Shown piece by piece: positions 59,101 through 64,000 of a stretch of DNA of 64,000 nt (position 1 is its first letter; each line of letters starts with the position of its first letter). Below the pieces are notes generated by a model that was given only the letters and a program-made list of their open reading frames with translations, made no database searches and was not told the DNA's origin. Source of the DNA: Escherichia phage vB_EcoM-S1P5QW; the sequence record OL956808.1; one strand, 5' to 3'. The position numbers were made by a program, and so were the translations under genes.

Positions 59101-60049
59101 CTTCGTTTGGACGAATATTTGAATTAGTCGTTATGATACGTAAACGTGCTTTACTGTCCCCGTCAAACAATCTCCATAATTTCTCATTATCATCAAACAT
59201 CAAGAAACCGTCAATCGATGTACGGCCTTCAATGGAATGAGTTCCATCTTCTTGTACTGATGTTGTTTCATCATATGTCGTAACAATTGTATGATAAAGA
59301 GGGTTTAATTTATCCAAATCGACGAAATTAATAATATCGCCATGATTAGCAAATCTTGGAAGTTTAATATTTATTGGTGCAGCAGAAGTAAATCTACGTA
59401 CGATAAAATCATTTGATTGCGCTTGATAAGTATTCGCTGGTGTTACAATTACAGCTTCTCTACTATAATCAGCAACATACATTTGCCACAGACGATTACT
59501 AAAAATTAAAACTAGCTGTGACTTTGGATGAGTCATTAGTACTGAGCGTACCTGTTCACCTCTAAAGTTTACAATACTTTGCACCGGAGCTACAATTAAA
59601 ACTTGGTTAACTCCAGGTTTTCCTCCAATATCTTGGAGAACGATAGTATCACCGTCAATTGGAGTAGATGGTAAAGTAAATGTAATATCATTACCAGCTG
59701 CAGTGTTAACCGAAATAGCTTCACCGGATTTTAATTGATATGAACCAGATGAAACCGTAATCCAGTTTGCGTCCGTACGTAATGCTCTCCAGCGTCCGCT
59801 ATTAAAAGCTCCTGCTGGTTTTGGAATATCATTTATAGCAGCCCAAAAGCGGTTATCATAAATGATTACAAAATCTTTTAAATATCCACGAGTTGGATCG
59901 TATTGTTGAACTGTATTTTCTTGAATTAAGTAATCAACGTTAACACCGTCAGTTCCTACGGCACGATCAGCTAAAGCTACGTTGATTATTTTATCACCAC
60001 CTGCGTCCAGACCGTCTTCTGCTCTGAACTTTCTTTTAATCTCGGCCAT
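56180..60049 (-). CDS. 34: Long tail fibre proximal subunit gp34
   Basis: 1289 aa, identical length to T4 gp34; repeated beta-rich modules. Confidence 0.93.
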   Translation of the reverse strand: MAEIKRKFRAEDGLDAGGDKIINVALADRAVGTDGVNVDYLIQENTVQQYDPTRGYLKDFVIIYDNRFWAAINDIPKPAGAFNSGRWRALRTDANWITVSSGSYQLKSGEAISVNTAAGNDITFTLPSTPIDGDTIVLQDIGGKPGVNQVLIVAPVQSIVNFRGEQVRSVLMTHPKSQLVLIFSNRLWQMYVADYSREAVIVTPANTYQAQSNDFIVRRFTSAAPINIKLPRFANHGDIINFVDLDKLNPLYHTIVTTYDETTSVQEDGTHSIEGRTSIDGFLMFDDNEKLWRLFDGDSKARLRIITTNSNIRPNEEVMVFGANNGTTQTIELQLPTNISVGDTVKISMNYMRKGQTVKIKAAGEDKIASSVQLLQFPKRSEYPPEAEWVTVQELVFNGETNYVPVLQLAYIEDSDGKYWVVQQNVPTVERVDSLNDSTRARLGVIALATQAQANVDLENSPQKELAITPETLANRTATETRRGIARIATTAQVNQNTTFSFADDIIITPKKLNERTATETRRGVAEIATQQETNTGTDDTTIITPKKLQARQGSESLSGIVTFVSTAGATPASSRELNGTNVYNKNTNNLVVSPKALDQYKATPTQQGAVILAVESEVIAGQSQEGWANAVVTPETLHKKTSTDARIGLIEIATQSEVNTGTDYTRAVTPKTLNDRKATESLSGIAEIATQVEFDAGVDDTRISTPLKIKTRFNSTDRTSVVALSGLVESGTLWDHYTLNILEANETQRGTLRVATQVEAAAGKLDNVLITPKKLLGTKSTETSEGVIKVATQSETVTGTSANTAVSPKNLKWIVQNEPTWAATTAIRGFVKTSSGSITFVGNDTVGSTQSLELYEKNSYAVSPYELNRVLANYLPLKAKAADANLLDGLDSSQFIRRDIAQTVNGSLTLTQQTNLSAPLVSSSTATFGGSVSANSTLTISNTGTATRLIFEKGPQTGTNPAQTMTIRVWGNQFGGGSDTTRSTVFEVGDETSNHFYSQRNKAGNIAFSINGTVMPININASGLMNVNGVATFGRSVTANGEFISKSANAFRAISGDYGFFIRNDAANTYFMLTASGDQTGGFNGLRPLAINNASGQVTIGESLIIAKGATINSGGLTVNSRIRSQGSKTADLYTRAPTADTVGFWSIDINDSATYNQFPGYFKMVEKTNEVTGLPYLERGEEVKSPGTLTQFGNTLDSLYQDWITYPTTPEARTTRWTRTWQKTKNSWSSFVQVFDGGNPPQPSDIGALPSDNATMGNLTIRDFLRIGNVRIIPDPVNKSVKFEWIE

Positions 60050-60083
60050 TCTCCCGGGCTCCTATTGTGTTTTCAATAATAAG

Positions 60084-60091
60084 TATTTATA
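60084..60091 (-). promoter_or_regulatory. Late promoter TATAAATA for gene 34
   Basis: Exact TATAAATA on - strand about 35 nt upstream of gene 34 ATG. Confidence 0.55.
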
Positions 60092-60094
60092 CTT

Positions 60095-60124
60095 GTTTAC
60101 TTTAAGATTTGGATGGTATATAAT
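60095..60124 (+). promoter_or_regulatory. Promoter for rnh (-35 GTTTAC, -10 TATAAT), divergent from gene 34 late promoter
   Basis: CTTGTTTACTTTAAGATTTGGATGGTATATAAT. Confidence 0.45.
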
Positions 60125-60153
60125 AGAAATCTCACTAATTGAACGAGGTTCAT

Positions 60154-61071
60154 ATGGATTTAGAAATGATGTTGGATGAAGATTACAAAGAAGGAATTTG
60201 CTTTATTGACTTTAGTCAAATTGCGCTTTCAACTGCTTTAGTAAACTTCCCAGATAAAGAAAAAATTAATTTATCAATGGTTCGTCATTTGATATTGAAC
60301 TCAATTAAGTTTAATGTCAAAAAAGCAAAAACGCTTGGATACACTAAAATTGTACTGTGTATTGATAACGCGAAATCTGGATACTGGCGTCGTGATTTCG
60401 CGTATTATTATAAGAAAAACCGTGGAAAAGCACGAGAAGAATCGACTTGGGACTGGGAAGGTTATTTTGAATCCAGCCACAAAGTTATAGATGAATTGAA
60501 AGCTTATATGCCATACATTGTTATGGATATTGATAAGTATGAAGCAGATGACCACATTGCTGTTCTTGTTAAAAAGTTCTCTTTAGAAGGACATAAGATT
60601 TTAATCATTTCGTCGGATGGTGACTTTACTCAACTTCACAAATATCCAAATGTTAAGCAATGGTCACCGATGCATAAGAAATGGGTTAAAATTAAAAGCG
60701 GTTCTGCTGAAATTGATTGCATGACTAAAATCCTTAAAGGCGACAAAAAGGATAACGTTGCTTCAGTTAAAGTACGATCTGACTTTTGGTTTACCAAAGT
60801 TGAAGGTGAACGAACTCCTTCAATGAAAACTTCAATCGTTGAAGCTATTGCTAATGACCGTGAGCAAGCTAAGGTGCTTCTCACAGAATCTGAATATAAT
60901 CGTTATAAAGAAAATTTAGTTCTAATTGATTTTGATTATATTCCTGATAATATTGCTTCAAACATTGTGAATTACTATAATTCATATAAATTACCACCGC
61001 GTGGCAAAATTTATTCATATTTTGTAAAAGCGGGTCTTTCTAAATTAACTAATAGCATTAATGAATTTTGA
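60154..61071 (+). CDS. rnh: RNase H (5'-3' exonuclease/flap endonuclease)
   Basis: 305 aa from MDLEMMLDEDYKEGICFIDF...; matches recalled T4 RNase H. Confidence 0.93.
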   Translation: MDLEMMLDEDYKEGICFIDFSQIALSTALVNFPDKEKINLSMVRHLILNSIKFNVKKAKTLGYTKIVLCIDNAKSGYWRRDFAYYYKKNRGKAREESTWDWEGYFESSHKVIDELKAYMPYIVMDIDKYEADDHIAVLVKKFSLEGHKILIISSDGDFTQLHKYPNVKQWSPMHKKWVKIKSGSAEIDCMTKILKGDKKDNVASVKVRSDFWFTKVEGERTPSMKTSIVEAIANDREQAKVLLTESEYNRYKENLVLIDFDYIPDNIASNIVNYYNSYKLPPRGKIYSYFVKAGLSKLTNSINEF

Positions 61072-61079
61072 GGTGAATA

Positions 61080-61349
61080 ATGGCTAAAAAAGAAATGGTT
61101 GAATTTGATGAAGCTATCCATGGCGAAGACTTGGCTAAATTTATTAAAGAAGCATCTGATCATAAACTGAAAATTTCCGGTTATAATGAACTGATTAAAG
61201 ATATTCGAATTCGTGCCAAAGATGAACTTGGCGTTGATGGTAAGATGTTTAATCGTCTATTAGCTTTGTATCATAAAGATAACCGTGATGTGTTTGAAGC
61301 TGAAACTGAAGAGGTAGTTGAACTTTATGACACAGTTTTCTCTAAATGA
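61080..61349 (+). CDS. dsbA: dsDNA-binding late transcription enhancer DsbA
   Basis: 89 aa; position between rnh and 33. Confidence 0.85.
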   Translation: MAKKEMVEFDEAIHGEDLAKFIKEASDHKLKISGYNELIKDIRIRAKDELGVDGKMFNRLLALYHKDNRDVFEAETEEVVELYDTVFSK

Positions 61350-61665
61350 TATTCGTCCGGTCGATGAGACCGGTCTTTCAGAAAAAGAACTTTCAATTAA
61401 GAAAGAAAAGGATGAAATAGCAAAGCTTCTTGATCGTCAAGAAAATGGATTTATTATTGAAAAAATGGTAGAAGAGTTTGGAATGAGTTATCTTGAAGCT
61501 ACGACAGCATTCTTGGAAGAAAATTCTATTCCTGAAACTCAATTTGCTAAATTTATTCCTTCGGGTATAATTGAAAAAATTCAGTCAGAAGCCATTGACG
61601 AAAATCTTTTACGTCCTTCTGTTGTTCGTTGTGAAAAAACTAATACATTAGATTTTCTGCTATGA
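61327..61665 (+). CDS. 33: Late transcription co-activator gp33
   Basis: 112 aa from MTQFSLNDIRPVDE...; synteny. Confidence 0.9.
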   Translation: MTQFSLNDIRPVDETGLSEKELSIKKEKDEIAKLLDRQENGFIIEKMVEEFGMSYLEATTAFLEENSIPETQFAKFIPSGIIEKIQSEAIDENLLRPSVVRCEKTNTLDFLL

Positions 61666-62315
61666 TTAAACTCCGCATGCCTGCTGGTGGTGAAAGATAC
61701 ATTGATGGTAAATCAGTTTATAAATTATACTTAATGATAAAACAACATATGAATGGAAAGTATGATGTAATTAAGTATAATTGGTGCATGCGGGTGTCTG
61801 ATGCCGCTTATCAAAAGCGAAGGGATAAGTATTTTTTCCAGAAGTTATCAGAAAAATATAAATTAAAGGAACTTGCTTTAATCTTTATAAGCAATCTTGT
61901 TGCTAACCAAGATGCTTGGATTGGTGACATCTCTGACGCTGATGCACTTGTGTTTTATCGTGAATATATCGGACGCTTAAAGCAAATTAAATTTAAGTTT
62001 GAAGAAGATATTCGCAACATTTATTATTTTAGTAAAAAAGTTGAAGTTTCTGCTTTTAAAGAAATCTTTGAATATAATCCAAAGGTTCAGTCAAGTTATA
62101 TTTTTAAACTTCTGCAATCGAACATAATTTCGTTTGAAACGTTTATCTTGCTTGATTCGTTTTTAAATATAATTGATAAACATGATGAACAGACTGATAA
62201 TTTAGTCTGGAATAATTATTCTATAAAGTTAAAGGCTTATAGAAAAATTTTAAATATCGATTCACAGGAAGCTAAAAAAGTTTTTATTGAAACTGTGAAA
62301 TCTTGTAAGTATTGA
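61662..62315 (+). CDS. 59: Helicase loader gp59
   Basis: 217 aa; matches recalled T4 gp59. Confidence 0.93.
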   Translation: MIKLRMPAGGERYIDGKSVYKLYLMIKQHMNGKYDVIKYNWCMRVSDAAYQKRRDKYFFQKLSEKYKLKELALIFISNLVANQDAWIGDISDADALVFYREYIGRLKQIKFKFEEDIRNIYYFSKKVEVSAFKEIFEYNPKVQSSYIFKLLQSNIISFETFILLDSFLNIIDKHDEQTDNLVWNNYSIKLKAYRKILNIDSQEAKKVFIETVKSCKY

Positions 62316-62316
62316 T

Positions 62317-62949
62317 ATGAATATAGTATATTGGTTTACATTTGAAGACCGTGTCAAAAATAAGACTCCGCCATACTACTATATTGGTAGTAAATTAAAT
62401 TGCTCATTTGAGAACGGAATAATATATGACTCTTCCGGAAAGGAATACTGGAGCTCATGTAAACAAAAAAGATTTTTGAATGCGCTAATGCTTCAAAAAC
62501 CGAGCGTTAAAATAATTCAAATTGATGATGACTTGGATGTTATTGAAGCAGAACGAAAATACCAACTTGAAGTAAATGCCAGAGATAATCCAGACTATTT
62601 TAATCTGGTATATGCTGGTGGTGGATTTGGTGTGAGTGGTGAAACTCATCCAGCCAAAGACCCGGAAGTTAGAGAGCATATGAGATTGGCTAATTATATG
62701 AACCGTGACGATTTTAGACCTTGGAAAACATCACGAGCTAATATAGAGTCTTGGAAATTATCTCATATTGCTTATGAGAATTATGTGTTATTATTATCCT
62801 CTAATCTGTACGGTAAAACTCCTGGATGGCGAAGAGTTAAAGGTAATATAAATATAACTGATACAACTGCTAAATCGATGGTAAAGTATTTCAACTCAGG
62901 TTGGATACCTCTCGAAGACCCAGAGTATTGCAAATTATGCCAGCTATGA
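62317..62949 (+). CDS. segG: GIY-YIG homing endonuclease, SegG-like (between 59 and 32)
   Basis: 210 aa; N-terminal VYWFTF...YYYIGS GIY-YIG motifs; location matches T4 segG (32.1). Confidence 0.75.
   Translation: MNIVYWFTFEDRVKNKTPPYYYIGSKLNCSFENGIIYDSSGKEYWSSCKQKRFLNALMLQKPSVKIIQIDDDLDVIEAERKYQLEVNARDNPDYFNLVYAGGGFGVSGETHPAKDPEVREHMRLANYMNRDDFRPWKTSRANIESWKLSHIAYENYVLLLSSNLYGKTPGWRRVKGNINITDTTAKSMVKYFNSGWIPLEDPEYCKLCQL
62847..62854 (+). promoter_or_regulatory. Possible late promoter TATAAATA upstream of gene 32 (inside segG 3' end)
   Basis: Exact TATAAATA about 150 nt upstream of gene 32 ATG; could be chance in AT-rich DNA. Confidence 0.3.
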
Positions 62950-63003
62950 GGTAAAGTGTCATAGCACCAACTGTTAATTAAATTAAGTTAAAAAGGAAAT
63001 AAA
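62944..63003 (+). promoter_or_regulatory. Gene 32 translational operator (structured element plus AU-rich UUAAAUUAA repeats 5' of AUG)
   Basis: GAGGTAAAGTGTCATAGCACCAACTG followed by TTAATTAAATTAAGTTAAAAAGGAAATAAAATG; resembles the T4 gene 32 autoregulatory leader. Confidence 0.55.
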
Positions 63004-63909
63004 ATGTTTAAACGTAAATCTACTGCTGAACTTGCTGCACAAATGGCTAAACTGAATGGCAATAAAGGTTTTTCTTCTGAAGATAAAGGCGAGTGGAAAC
63101 TGAAACTCGATAATGCGGGTAACGGTCAAGCAGTAATTCGTTTTCTTCCGTCTAAAAATGATGAACAAGCACCATTCGCAATTCTTGTAAATCACGGTTT
63201 CAAGAAAAATGGTAAATGGTATATTGAAACATGTTCATCTACCCATGGTGATTACGATTCTTGCCCAGTATGTCAATACATCAGTAAAAATGATTTGTAC
63301 AACACTGACAATAAAGAGTACAGTCTTGTTAAACGTAAAACTTCTTACTGGGCTAACATTCTTGTTGTAAAAGACCCAGCTGCTCCAGAAAATGAAGGTA
63401 AAGTATTTAAATACCGTTTCGGTAAGAAAATCTGGGATAAAATCAATGCAATGATTGCAGTTGATGTTGAAATGGGTGAAACTCCGGTTGATGTAACTTG
63501 TCCGTGGGAAGGTGCTAACTTTGTACTGAAAGTTAAACAAGTTTCTGGTTTTAGTAACTACGACGAATCTAAATTCCTGAATCAATCTGCGATTCCAAAC
63601 ATTGATGATGAATCTTTCCAGAAAGAACTGTTCGAACAAATGGTTGACCTTTCTGAAATGACTTCTAAAGATAAATTCAAATCGTTTGAAGAACTGAGCA
63701 CTAAATTCGGTCAAGTTATGGGAACTGCTGTGATGGGCGGTGCCGCAGCAACTGCCGCTAAGAAAGCTGATAAAGTTGCTGATGATTTGGATGCATTCAA
63801 TGTTGATGACTTCAATACAAAAACTGAAGATGATTTTATGAGCTCAAGCTCTGGCAGTTCATCTAGTGCTGATGACACGGACCTGGATGACCTTTTGAAT
63901 GACCTTTAA
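63004..63909 (+). CDS. 32: Single-stranded DNA-binding protein gp32
   Basis: 301 aa; [23 protein letters not shown]..., zinc site C..H..C..C, acidic C-terminus; matches recalled T4 gp32. Confidence 0.97.
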
Positions 63910-63931
63910 TAGATTATATTACTAATTAATT

Positions 63932-63958
63932 GGGGACCTCTAGGGTCCCCTTTTTTAT
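63932..63958 (+). terminator. GGGGACC-loop-GGUCCCC hairpin plus T6 after gene 32
   Basis: 7-bp GC-rich stem followed by TTTTTTATTT. Confidence 0.6.
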
Positions 63959-63960
63959 TT

Positions 63961-64000
63961 CAAAAATTTTTTCACAAAACTGTTTACATCCCTGTTCTTC
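63961..64000 (+). promoter_or_regulatory. Early promoter, partial at window end (TTTTCACAAAACTGTTTACA -35 region)
   Basis: Same extended -35 module as other early promoters; -10 lies beyond window. Confidence 0.4.

Noticed and set aside
1-64000. CRISPR array, tRNA/rRNA genes, group I introns, prophage integrase/att sites
   Set aside because: No regularly spaced direct repeats, no cloverleaf-like or rRNA-like segments, and no interrupted conserved genes. The repeated UUCG hairpins are irregularly spaced intergenic structures, not CRISPR repeats. The T4 tRNA cluster and intron-containing genes (td, nrdB, nrdD) lie outside this window.

Overview
This 64 kb window is a contiguous piece of a T-even (T4-like, Tequatrovirus-type) coliphage genome, presented reverse-complemented relative to the conventional T4 map, so early/middle genes read on the + strand and late genes on the - strand. 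Gene order is nrdG(partial)-nrdH-55-alpha-gt-47-46-rpbA-45-44-62-regA-43-imm-42-glucosyltransferase-uvsX-40-41-dmd-sp-61-56-soc-modB-modA-srd-dda-dexA-39-rIIA-rIIB-denB-ndd-stp-ac-52-motA-arn-asiA on +, then the late tail-fibre block t-38-37-36-35-34 on -, then rnh-dsbA-33-59-segG-32 on +. Calls rest on reading the supplied translations against recalled T4 protein sequences, lengths and synteny; no database search was run. The phage is not reference T4: gene 39 is one uninterrupted ORF (no gene 60 split, no 50-nt bypass, no mobA), a 282-aa DxD glycosyltransferase sits where T4 has beta-gt, segA and segF are absent, no dam-like ORF lies between 61 and 56, and a GIY-YIG homing endonuclease is inserted between rpbA and 45. 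I found no convincing multi-gene novel system; the most interesting items are that endonuclease, an antisense small membrane ORF between 61 and 56, tandem paralogue arrays near dexA and upstream of 39, a Cys-rich ORF, lipoprotein candidates, and several small peptide ORFs missing from the ORF track (including a 26-aa stp-like peptide). Regulatory architecture is typical T4: extended early promoters, MotA-box middle promoters, TATAAATA late promoters, GGGCUUCGGCCC tetraloop hairpins, and the gp43 and gp32 translational operators. No tRNA, rRNA, CRISPR array or intron was seen.
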